A stretch of DNA of 63,337 nucleotides, counting the filler, from Basidioascus undulatus (taxonomy: Eukaryota), in the NCBI GenBank assembly GCA_000826855.1. It is 3 parts of 3 records of this genome, joined end to end, with 100 filler letters (N's around TTAATTAATTAA, not from the genome) between each part and the next. Parts side by side here need not be neighbours in the genome. Positions count along the whole stretch, not along the records: positions 21,174 to 42,241 come from JTLS01000345.1; positions 42,342 to 63,337 come from JTLS01000346.1; 1 more part is not named here. One strand, given 5' to 3'. Below, piece after piece: positions 38,092 to 49,792 of the stretch (positions within the stretch are counted from its first letter, which is position 1; every line of letters begins with the position of its first letter). The notes beneath the pieces are model-generated. The model was not told where the DNA came from and did no database searches. It saw nothing but the letters and a program-made list of their open reading frames with translations. The translations under genes and the position numbers were made by a program.

Positions 38092-40996
38092 ATGCAATCT
38101 CGAGAGCCCCAAGAAGAGCTCGACCTCACCCGGGCCGGGCCCCCTTCCTCGACAGAGCGCGTCGCCGGCGATATGCTCACTCTTGACGAAGTCCTGGTCT
38201 GTCGACCCCTACTTACCTCGAAATGACTGTATTTGACTTGAGAGTATACTGCTGTCTCCAGCACAACACTCGCGCCCGCGAAATCGCCACCCGCTGCGGG
38301 CTGCCCGCCAAGCTCCCGCTCGACCCGTCCGCGGCGGACATCGACCACAGCGCGCTCGCGACGCCGGGCGAGGATGACTTCGGGCTCGGCCAGACGATCG
38401 CCGAGGAGTACAGGACGGTCAGGGAGGAGATGTGAGCGGTTTTGAGAGCCACATTTGGATTCTGCTTGCTGACCTGTGAAGGTCTGCGCAGCTTCCTCGA
38501 GAAGGCGTTCTCGCCGGTCAAGAGAACCTGGAACAGTGTCCCGACCGCTTTCGTCGCCTGTGAGCACAAAGTATTGCCGATACAGCATCTTTATGGCTCG
38601 GTGACCGTTTCCTCTTCAGATGTCTACGACACATTGGTCCTAGGGTTGTCCCAGACGCTCTTCAACCCGCTCGCCTTCCTCAGCGACCCGATCTCGTTCA
38701 CCTGGGAGCTCATCTCCTACGGGTAAGTTCATTCCCTCCATCAAGTACCGAAACTTCGAACCCTGGAACTTCGTTCACAGTGTCCTGTTCAACGTCCTCC
38801 TCATCGTCGAGCTCGCTCTCGGCCTATTCCAGGTTCTCGGCTTCGCCAGGCTCGTGCGCTACGTGAGCGAGACGTATGCCGACGGCTGGGGACTCGCGAA
38901 CTGGTGGGGGTTCGAGATGTTCGACCAGGCGCCGGAGATCGTGCGCTACGCTGAGAAGGGGTTGCTGAATGGTACGTCGTTGCTTTAGAAGAAGGCTGCG
39001 ATGACCATACTTACAGTTGCTCGCGCTTAAAGCGTCGGGAAACCCTCATGGGACGCCGGAAGATGAGAAGAAAAGGCTGGCTGATGGGGGAGTCCGGTAC
39101 GATTCAATGCTCTTTGACCTTTGAGCAGGCATAGAGCTTATTACGGGACACAGCGTGCGGTTCTTCAACCTCGACATCGCCAAGGCGTTCCTTTTCTTCA
39201 GCGCACTGTAAGCAGCTCGTATATCTACCGGTACCGGAAAACATTTAGAGCTCATTGGATATTTTGGTTCCAAACAGCGTCTACGAGCGCAACGACGCGC
39301 TGGTCGAGGAGGCTGCGCAGCTCGAGAAGAGGCCAGACTCGCACACGCCGGTCGTGACGGAGAAGATACAATTTCTTCTCGAGGAGAGCGAGGTGAGACT
39401 TATTTAGACTCCCGGAAGGAAAACTTTTGCTCAAGCGCTAGTCTTCCAGCGATTCATCCGCGCTAAGGCAAACTCGTGGGGCGTGCAGTTCCGCGGCGTG
39501 TCGGACTTGACGCAGGTGAGGCGGCTCCTTCAGACTTGAAACTATCATGAAACGTCTGATGGAAGGTTGGGGACGGGACAGATCGATGCTGGCGGGAGCT
39601 ACTGCGGTCTCTTCTGGAACAAGGAGAGCAAGTGGATCACGCTCGTCTTCAAGGGCACCAGTCCGACCAACAAGGCCGAGTTCCTGTGAGTTCTTTCTTC
39701 TCGCCTGCTCAAGGCTATTCCTCCTATGGAAGGCGAAATCGACTGAAATCTCTCAACACCAGCATCGACTCGAGCATCGCCCGCATCCCGGCCTCGGCTT
39801 ACCTCTTCGGGGAGGTCCACAAGGGCGTGGGTCAAACTTCGCCTTTTTTCTTTCACTCCTATACAATATGTTTCTGGTACGACCAGGTTCTTCTTCACAG
39901 TTCTTCACGTCGATTTGGCCAAACGCCGCTGCTGGCGGCGAGCGCAGAGTCAACCCTTATGCCTCAATCGTCCAGGCTGTAAAAGCGGTTGCTAAAGAGC
40001 TGAGGGCGGACGGTGACGAGAAGGTTCACCTGTACGTCCTTCGATCTCCCTTTCAAGAATTGTAGGCTGACCTTCATCTATTGCAGCTGGCTCGCCGGAC
40101 ACTCGCTCGGAGCGGCGCTCGGTTCTCTCATCTATTCGCGCTTCCGTACGTTCCTCTTCAAACGCAGTCCTCTTACCGAAACCATCATCTGATCTCCGTC
40201 ATACACAAAGTCAAGTCTCCCGAGGACATCGGCGACGACATCGAGCTTTCTGGGACGTACTTCTTCGGCGCACCGCGGGTCGGCGACGGCGATTTCGCGG
40301 GCGCAGTGCAGGGCGTGCTGAACGTCCCTTGGGACCGCGCCGAGACGCTCTGGCGCATTCGGAACGGAAAAGACATTGTCGCTGTTATCGTAAGACTCGG
40401 ACCCCTCTTTTACTCAGAGTTGGGAAACTGACCGCCTGTCGTTTCGCAGCCGCCCGGTCTCGCCGACCAGCAGCGCGCAGCCACCAGTCTCAACAAGTCT
40501 TCCTCGCTGAACTACGCTCACGTTGGTTAGTACTGCCAATTCTCGTCATACTTGGGGATTCTGCTCATCCTTCTTTCCAGGGTCCGGCCTGCACATCGTC
40601 GAGGGCGAAGACGCTAAGCTCTCCGCAAGCGGTTTCCCGTTGGGGGCCGTCACCAGGGTAAGCATTCGATCGGGTATCGCTTCAGTTTACAACTGCTTAC
40701 TCCCGAATATTTCCAGATTGTCCAGGCTCCCCGCAAGGGCAAGAAGAGCGCTACCGCGCCCACGGAGCTCGCAGTCGACGGACCTGTCGCCGTCAAGCAG
40801 AAGGGCTGGAACCCCATCCCTCTCATCGCGTTTTTCGTACGTACTGTCCTCAAATTGCCTGAAGCTTTGAAATGTTTCCTAAAGCGCATTGTCGATGCCT
40901 TCCTAGATTCCCTCGTTCCTGTTCGACCACTTCCCTGCGAGGTACGGGGCTGCGCTTGAGCAGGTCAAGCCAGGCGACGTGATAGAGTCGGACTGA
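38092..40996 (+). CDS. Class-3 lipase (Lipase_3) with N-terminal hydrophobic region, many introns
   Basis: LVFKGTSPT, GEVHKG, nucleophile WLAGHSLGAALG, YFFGAPRVGD, WRIRNGKDIV, NYAHVG, LFDHFP. Confidence 0.88.
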
Positions 40997-41731
40997 GCTC
41001 GTTATGTCTTCCGAGAATCCAGTTTGTCGATTTTACCATGAATGTTGTCAAATGATCTCGTGAAGATTGAACTTCAATTCTGCGGCTTGTTTCAGAGTGC
41101 AGGTCTACCGTGTGAGCGATCGTGACGCGGGTCACGGTTGGCATATTCTGGGGACGGCAGGAGACTATATTTCCCAATGTTCTTTCAATTTCTACATTCT
41201 TTTGATGGCCGTACTGCAATCAAATGACAGAGGAACACATGCTTCTTTGGCAACGCTGGGTAAAACCCACGGCGTTAAAGAGTTCCTTTCGGATGTAAGG
41301 TTACCCTTGCCCAGGCTGAACCTCGGCATCTTTCCTCTCGTCTTCTCCCTACCCTTTCATCCTCGAATCCGCTCGTAAGCAGCTCAGTCTACATTGACAA
41401 CAACCTGCATCTCAAGCTTACCAGAAAGCATTCCTCCAGCCTCCTCCGGCCCTAGTTTCTGGTTGCTGGGCACTGCTGGGCGGTTAGAAAGTGAGCATCT
41501 TCCCGTTTCTCAATTGCCACCCGAATGCGCTGCACCGCTGGGCGTGGGCGTCTGCCGACTTTCTGCAGCCTTCCTTACGGGCAGCGGTGGATGCTCAATG
41601 GCGGGTTTGAAGCTCTATGTACTGACGACCTCTCCCGCAGCTGCATGCGCCAGGCTCTCTCCAGCGTCTTCCGATTTCCCGGACGCCTCGTATCTCCCAT
41701 TCTTCGAACTCCCTTCCGCGCTTCTCCCACT

Positions 41732-42241
41732 ATGGCCTCTTCCTCCACCACTTCCCCTTACGACCCTCTCTCTCGTGAGGAGCTCATCGCGCGCCTCACC
41801 GAGCTCGCCCCGCCGGCGTCTTCTTCCACGGCCGCGGCCACGGCCGCCCCACCGCCCGTCCTCAAGAAGCCCAAAAAGGAGCGCAAGCAGAAGGCCTCGA
41901 AGCCGTTCAACATCCACGCCTACTCACGGCGCAAGATCGCGCTCCGCTTCTCGTACGCCGGATGGGACTATAACGGCCTCGCTGCGCAGAGCGAGCCAAC
42001 GCCGCTGCCGACTGTCGAGGGCGTGCTGTGGGACGCGCTCGTCAAGGGCCGGCTGGTGGACCCGGACGGAGGATTCGAGGGCTGCGGGTGGTCGCGCTGT
42101 GGGCGGACAGACAAGGGCGTCAGCGCCGCGGGGCAGGTCGTCGCGCTGTATGTGCGCAGTGCGCTCCTCCCGGGCGACGTCGAGGGGATTGAGCCGGCGC
42201 GGGACCCGAAGCCCGAGCCTGCCCCGAAGCCTCCCCCCTCC
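41732..42241 (+). CDS. DEG1: tRNA pseudouridine 38/39 synthase Pus3/Deg1, 5' part
   Basis: [25 protein letters not shown], catalytic [21 protein letters not shown]; truncated by contig edge. Confidence 0.92.
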
Positions 42242-42341
42242 NNNNNNNNNNNNNNNNNNNNNNNNNNNNNNNNNNNNNNNNNNNNTTAATTAATTAANNN
42301 NNNNNNNNNNNNNNNNNNNNNNNNNNNNNNNNNNNNNNNNN
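42242..42341. other. Artificial contig linker N44-TTAATTAATTAA-N44
   Basis: Same 100-bp structure as the first linker. Confidence 0.98.
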
Positions 42342-43791
42342 ACCTGCCCGCCTAGGCATTTCAGACCCCTCGCAAACAGCTACCCTATAATCCCAAGTAT
42401 TGGAGGACCTTCCCTCAAGCACAGAGAATCTTTCGAGGATTGGAACGCGTGGCTGAAGAGCTCTCCATTCCACCCCATCGAGATTACAAGGGTCGAGCAG
42501 CGCCGTCTGTGACCACGATCCGGGGACGTCCTCCAGAAACTCGATAGTGTGCACGTTCGTCTTCTTCTTGAAGTATTAGAGACTGCACCCCTACACGAAG
42601 CGATACAGCAGCTACCGCACGTGCCTCTGGTTTCCTCTTACAGCAACGAAAGCAACTTTACCACTTTCGCTCGCCCTGGTTCCAAGATCCTGCTCTTCCT
42701 TCAGAGCATCCCAGTGCCCCCCCCGGTTCCCCCCACCAACCAGTTACGCCCGATTACCGACGGATCCTGAAAATAGTGTCCTGGAAAAGAAGTTCGAGTA
42801 GGAGACGGAGAAGTAGAGGGCTTACCATGTGGTGAGGGGGTCACTAAAGGACAGCGGTTCGGGCACCGATATTGCACTTCCAGTGATATCGCCGGCCGAA
42901 CTTCTCCAGCAAGATCTCTTCCCATATCCAAACAACACAAAAAGGTTTCTAATGTTGCCCTCCGACATGCTCAGTCACGCTCCTGCGCGATCCGCTTCCT
43001 TTGTTAGCCGTTCCCAACCTCGATTCAGCCCGCGCAGACCCCCTCTATATTACTGCGCTATACTGGAGGGTGAAGGGCTACTTGGGTTACATAACCGGCA
43101 TAAAACTATGATGACAGGGGAAATTTTGGGGGAAGAAGCGGATGTGGGAGTGGCCAGTGCGACGCCAGTACAGCGGGGATGTCGAGATGCGAGCGCCCAC
43201 TACGCAGACGCTGTCTCTCTCTTTGTCTGTCGAAGCTTGAGGACAAAATGCGAGTAATTATACAAATGGGTGCTTAAGCGGACTTGATTCAGACACTCCC
43301 AAACCTGCCGAGTTCCCCAGCAACCGAAGTGTCATGCTTCTTGCAGGGGTGCTGCAGCAGCGCCGTGCGGTTCATGAAGTCGATGTGCTGTCGGGCGGTG
43401 GCTCACCTGACCTGGTACCTTCTTCTAAAATCTGCAGGCCTGAAAAACCCTTGAGTAGCACAAATGAGAATGGGCATCATTGTGTCTTTCTGCAAGAAAC
43501 AGACACACAGACTGCGTGCTGCTTTTTGAGGTACTCGTCGTTTTTTGCCCAGACAGACAGGAAGCGAAAGGGAGAGTGGCAAATGATAAGAAGGGATATC
43601 TGTATCTCCAAGTATCTCAAAGCATCCCGCTGAAGGCCTGGGGCATCATGCTACTTTCTCCCTCCCGCACCGCATCCTGGGCACAGCGGAGCAGACAGAT
43701 GGGTGGTGGAGCGGTCTTTATAGTGAGAAGCCTGAGTAAGACAGAGGGATCAGAGGCGTTGGGCCGGTAGTGTTGAATACGCATCGATGCG

Positions 43792-45184
43792 TTGTTCAGT
43801 CTGTGTCGCGGCGGCTGTGCAACTGCCACGCCTCCGGTCCCCCTGCCCATTCTCCACCCAGGCTCTAGACCGACCCCACAAAGACTATTAACCGCAACCC
43901 CTACCGACTCCCCACCCTCCACCTCACCTGTCGACAAGAAGTCCGTCCGCTTCGCGACCTCCACGTCCGCGTCCGATGGGACGGAGCACGAGCTCCTCAC
44001 GCCCGGCGTAGCCGCCGCGTCCTCCTCCACCTTTCCCTCCGCGCCCCCTCCCTCCCCCTCCGTCCCCAAACCCCCCGCCGCACGACCCATCAAAGACTCC
44101 GTTCTCGAGCGCCCGCCTGCCCCTCCGAAGCCGTCGCGCGCGCAGTCGAAGGCGCCCGCGCCGCCCGTGCCGTCCGTGGCGGAGGCGGAGGATGAAGACG
44201 AGGACGAGGATGATGACTTCGATTGGGATGCGGAGGACGACGACAGCGACGAGGGGATGGACATCGACGACGTCCTGATGGCGCGCGAGGTCGCGCTCGC
44301 GTATCATGCGAAGCGGGACGCGATCGGCGCGGGAAGGGGGACGGGCCCGCTGGGCGGAGAGGAGGAGGCTGCGGACCTGTGGGACCAGGAGGTTCGTGTT
44401 CTTGTTTGAGCTGAACTGTAACTTACGCTCTGGGACGATGCAGTGGGTGCCCCAGGAGGCCTCCCTAGCGCACCGCCCTCCCCCAGCGTCGCGGTTCAAA
44501 GCGTCCCTCAACCGTCCCTCCGCATCCTCCTCCCTCGGCGCGAGCGTCGGCGACCTCCTCCCGTCCGATGACGACGATGCCGAGGCAGGCGCGAGCATCA
44601 TCATCCCGCGCCTGCTGCCGGGTGTGAAGATGGGCCGGCTCGCGCCGTCGGGGGACATGCTCGAGGTCGAGGAGAGCGACGAGGACGAGACGGACGAGGC
44701 GCGCCGCATCTTGGAGGCCCTGCGCAGGGGTGAGCGGTGGGAGGCCGGCCCTGCTGCGGAGGACGAGGCTCGTCGGGTGAGGAGGGACGAGGTCCGCAGA
44801 CCACCTGTCGTGCACAGGACGGAACGCAGGCCTGTCGGGGAGACAGTGATGGAGCGGGCCACGCCGAAGGAGACGGCGGCGCCGCCGGTGGAAGACGCCT
44901 CACCGCCAAAGCGCGTGTCGAGGTTCAAGGCGTCTCTGCAGGAGCAGGCGGAGGAGCCTGCTCCCGCACCGGTCGCGCCCGCACCGGACACTGCGCCGCC
45001 GAAATTCTCGCGCTTCAAGGCGTCGCGGCAGGACGCGCCGCCCACGGTGCAGGGCGTGCCGGAGCGGATGGGGTCGGTGCAGCTGCGCGAGGTAGAGGCG
45101 GAGGCGGGGGGTGCGCAGACGCCCGAGCAGCAGCCTGCGGGAAAGAAGGTGTCGCGGTTCAAGGCAGCGAGGAGCGGGATGTAG
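43792..45184 (+). CDS. URI/Bud27-like C-terminal (DUF3835-type) protein; start uncertain
   Basis: KKSVRF, IKDSVLER, acidic tract, AREVALAYH, four SRFKA repeats ending KKVSRFKAAR; one intron at ~44392-44443; no in-frame ATG before 44257. Confidence 0.65.
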
Positions 45185-45539
45185 CTCGATGGATTGGGGA
45201 GGGTTTTTTAATTTTTATTTTGCGCTTGATGATTGACGGGCGTGGCGATAGGGCGGAAGGTCTCGTTGAGGGGGTTCACTGCGGCATCTCCTGATCCCAG
45301 CGATGGAGAGCAGTCTCAATCGTTTGCCTTTCTATCACTTTTAACAGAAATCATATACATCAATCAACACATCAAACTGAAAATAACACCGTCCAGACGC
45401 TCAGTGAGCGCATCAAAGAAATGAAAGGAAGAGACATAGACGACAAGGCAGGTGAGTCGTGTATTCCGATGCACTGCGAGGTACGATGGACGTGATTTTG
45501 TTCAGGTCATGAACATGCCGCCCTGGAGACGTAAGACAG

Positions 45540-46778
45540 TTAGCTGCTCGGTTCTTCAGTGAACAAGGACCGGAGATGAACCGCACGTCAACGACCAGCG
45601 TCTCTCGGTTGACTGCGCTGGCGTCCGGCGAGGCCAAGAAGCTGCACCAATGCGCATTACATAAACACTTGGTTCAGGCCTTCAATGAGCATTTTTGGGC
45701 TCACGAAACGGCCCCCGCAATCTCTTCCGGCTGCATGAGACGCCCAATGGGGATCCGGGGGGAGGATCTGAGGGGACAAAGCAAATTAGGAGAAAGATAT
45801 TAGGAGACCAAGGGGCCGGCACACCTGCTCAGTGAAGTCGCCAGGCTCGAGCCCAGCAAGCTCCCCATACTATCGGTCGATCTTGGTCCACATGGCGGTG
45901 TCCGTGGGGCCACTGCTGAGGAGGTTAGTGATGCACCGAGAGCTCAATATGCGAGATACTTACGGAGCATACGTCGCCGTAGTGATCTGCATGAGATTGG
46001 GACGAGTCAGAAATGTTCTCCAAAGGCTCGGGAAACCATTTCAAGTTATGCGGATCTTGTACTTCGAAAGCTCGTGCGCAGCGACCTGATTCAAGCAACG
46101 CACGGCGAACTTGGACGGTGTGTAGGTTCCGAAGAAGTTGGTTGTGAAGAATGAAGCGTTAGAAGCGGCCGCTGATAAGAGATGTACGTCAATCTCCAAA
46201 CTTCTACAGCTGCGTATGCCATAAAGCACAGACCAATGAGCTTTCCGCCAGTACCCTGGGCAATTATCTGCCGAGCGGCAGCCTGATAGCAGAGAAGGAC
46301 GCCGATGAGGTTAGTCTCGACTGAGAAGGACAATGAAACCTCGTTAATATACAATTCCGGGAGCTATAAGATGACAAGCAAGCGTTGTGGACGAACGTTG
46401 CATCAAGTCTTTTCGGCGTGATGTCGAGGAAGTTTTCGGCCTCGACGATACCCGCATTGGCCACCATCACGTCGAGGCCGCCGAACTTGTCGCCGACAAC
46501 CTTGACAAGGTGGTATACCTCTACCTTATTCCTCACGTCGGCTGAGACGACCACGGCCTTCCCGCCCTTAGCTTCGATGTGCTCAAGCACATCTTGCAGC
46601 TTGGACTTCGACGATTAGAGATCGGTTAGGCCTACGTATAGGCCATCTTTGGCTAAGCGGATAGCAATGGCCTTACCGATGCCTGCGCTGCTCCGGTAAC
46701 GATTGCAACGCGGGCGCGGTGGTGAGATGGGGAGGGCGAGTGGGTCGAGGAGGTCGTGCGTGAGTGGGTTGCGGACAT
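45540..46778 (-). pseudogene. Short-chain dehydrogenase/reductase (acetoin/diacetyl reductase-like) pseudogene
   Basis: VAIVTGAAQ-(1-nt deletion ~46682)-GIGKAIA, TAA at 46615-46617, LDVMVANAGI, YTPSKFAVR, TAG at 45870-45872. Confidence 0.88.
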
Positions 46779-48189
46779 ATTCACCAAGTGGGTAGGTTGC
46801 ATGTTTGCTGGAGTTAAGACTGATTTGAGAAGAATAAGCCCTTGATAATTTGACGCTTGAGGTTTTATAGGCTCGAGGCCCCTGCCACGTCCACCTTGGT
46901 CTTTGCGGCGTTGGGTCGACACTCCAGCTGGTGGATGTTCGAGCATAGCTTTGCTGCAAGGTTCGCACAGGTGGACTAATTCGAGCGATACCCAACGTGC
47001 ATCTTTTGACCGGGAAGTTCGGTCTCGGCGGAGCCCTCGTCAGCGCTGTGCCTGTTCCTCCGTGGCCGGTGGACATGGAGAAATTCGAAGGTGCCAGAGT
47101 CCACGAGAGTTCTCCGAGGAGGGCATCACAGGTCATGGGGAATGAGAATAGCCTCCTTCGCTCATAGACACTGCTTAAATACCTGGCTTTCGGTGGGTAG
47201 AAGAGGTTCCAGGATGGAAAGGCAAATGCCGGAGTGCGTGCGGGCAGCGAGCTCTGTGGATGTGGGAAAGCCAACCGGCGGGGCACTTTGCATAAGAACC
47301 TTACACCTTCGGACTCGTGTTGTCCTGTTAAACGTTTATACGAGAACACAAAAAAATCCAACCGCAGATGTCAGCTGGATGCTGGGCAGTGAAAGGCAAA
47401 TACTGAACAATCGCAACGACCGCCCACCGGCTCGCACATAAGTGAGCGCAGCACCCTTACCCTCCCCGCGTTCCACATTATTTTCGCTGCTTCCGGTATA
47501 TAATGTCTTAGCGATTCAAAGCGTTAGAATTTAAGATCTTGGAAGACACGCATCGACAGACCAGTCTCAAGACACTCTCAACGCCAATTAAGAACAGTTC
47601 GGGCTGGACGACTGCTGCGCCCTTGTCACGACATTATCAGTTCGCTCGAGGCCGAGCCAGACGTGCTGCTGTAAATGGAAGGGCGTCAGGGGAAAGCCGC
47701 ATATCGGTGTGTCTTGACCCTCAATGCTCTGTCTGAATGCTGCACTACTTTTGAGAGGCAAGGCGGAAGGCGGGCCTGCCAACCATGTTTGTAGCACTAT
47801 TGGCACGTGGGAGTTATTACAGAGAAGAGCTCTCGAGGCCCGAATGAGGCCGGAGCTCTCGAAGCTCGAAGTCGGCCAGAGTACTCGATCGAAAGCGCGA
47901 CGGCCGCACACCCGTGGTCAAGACAGGACGCGCCACGACCTTTCGATGTTGGCCAAAGCTCGCTGAATGATGAGCAGCGAAGGTCACGAAAACGAGTGCG
48001 CCAAGCGCGAGTAAAGCATTTAGTCCAAATGCGCGCGACACTCGCGTCTTTTGGGCGGCCGTCCAGAGGCAGCAGGCCAATTGCCGTCTGGCTCCATCAC
48101 ATCGAACGCGAAACGGGCCGTGCATGAGTATCCCCGGGCTCCCACCACCTCTTCATCTAGTTATACAACCCTCCATACCCTGTCCATGT

Positions 48190-49008
48190 TCATCGCAGAC
48201 TAGCGACGAAGGACTGCCGAAAGGGTCACGATGAGATTTGGCGCCCAGCGGATACGATACAAAATCGTACCTTTTCGGCATCCGCGACGGCAGTCTTGAA
48301 CGCCTCAGTCTCCCTCCAGCACTCCAGCGGCGTTTTCGGTTTGTTGCTGGAGTAAAGCGTGCGGGTCAGCAGGAGCTCGGCATGCGTCTTCCATGGCCCG
48401 CCTCCTTCACCGCCTCCCTTTCACCGCCATCGCTTCAAACGTCGAAAGAGACGCTGACGCGTTCAACCGCGTTTGAAGGCAGTCCCCTTTTCCTTGCTGC
48501 ATGAAGATGAAGGAAGGACTCACTTGTAGCAAACAACAAGCTCCCGCTGCGCCTTCTGAATCTCCGGCCACGCCTTCAGGTCCCGCTTCTCGTGGTGCCG
48601 CTCAACCTTGCTCTTGATCTCGGTGATGTCCCGCACAACCGCATCTGTGCTCAGAACGCCGTCGCTGTCGCCCTTCTCCTTCTCCGCGTTCTCGCGCGCG
48701 AGCGCCTCCTCGATCTGCTCGCGCACGTCCTGCTCCTCGGCGCGCAGCCGAGCGAGCTCAGAGTTGATACGCGAGCGGATGTGCTCGTCAAGCGTAGCTT
48801 GGCGCGCGGAGTCGGGCGGGGTCACGGTGGGGGAGAGGGTGTCGGAGAGGTCGTTGATCAGGGATTGGGAGAACTTTACGGAGAAGACCAAGGTGGGTAA
48901 GTGCGGTGGAGCGGGCGCCCAGGGGCGGGGAAGACGCACGCGAATGGGTGTGTCCGCCGTAGACTCAAATACGCGCTCTTCCCCCTGCGTCGACTGCTGA
49001 GCGCCCAT
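48190..49008 (-). CDS. MIC19: MICOS subunit Mic19 (DUF1690 family)
   Basis: Myristoylation-type MGAQQS, FSQSLIN, coiled coil, twin-Cys VVCY...PLECWRETEAFK. Confidence 0.85.
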
Positions 49009-49792
49009 TGTAGCGCAAGGACAGACAGATGTGAGGCTTGGAGAGGACGACGGGTCGGGTTGGGCGTCAGAAGGCAAGCCTGGCTCATCCAGCTCGCGCG
49101 CTCCCTCGGCCGCCTACGTACAAATCCGACCGCTTCCGAGTCGCTTCTTTGGTAAGATGGCCCCAGCTGTGAGCCCGATAAAAGGAAAATCATGATCTAC
49201 ATTCAATGGATCATTAGGCTTGTAAAAGGCTGGTTACTTTCAGGGACTTTGAAGCGGATCACCGCTTATTTGGCAACACCCTTGAAGAGCGACTGACTAA
49301 GCGGAGCTGCATTAGTTTCGCAGCTTTCAGCCAGTTTCGCAACAGAAATTTTCAACCACTGTGCATGGAATCGTGCCTTTTCAGTCACTGTGCGCAATAG
49401 AATTTAGACGGAGAAGAGTCTGCCGGCGATCCGCAGCCATTCAGAAAGTCCTCAAGTCTCAACCTGGCCAGCGACTGTTTTGTTGCTGTCTTCGGCTTAT
49501 GGTGCATTTGCCGAACCACAAGCGACGGGCACTACCGCCTGAGCGTTATTCGTCTCCGAGCATTCAATTTTTGTGGAGGAACATGTCAGTAATCTTTCCC
49601 CCTCCCGAAACAGCCAAGTGCGCTCTCTTGGACAGCGCTTGCCTTCAAACAACTCGCAGCAACGAACTTGAATTCATGATAACAATTCGTACATTCGTTC
49701 ACAAAACTGACATTGCGAGTGTCCTTGCACTTTGATTTCTTTCGGCTCGCGACCGTAGAAGCTCTCGCGCTGGTCCTCGAAGCCGGACCTTG

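Noticed and set aside
49215..49250. U5 snRNA loop (GCCTTTTAC on minus strand) or U3 5' end (TACTTTCAGGGA)
   Set aside because: Flanks do not form the U5 stem and U3 boxes are not in the expected arrangement; kept only as a generic ncRNA candidate
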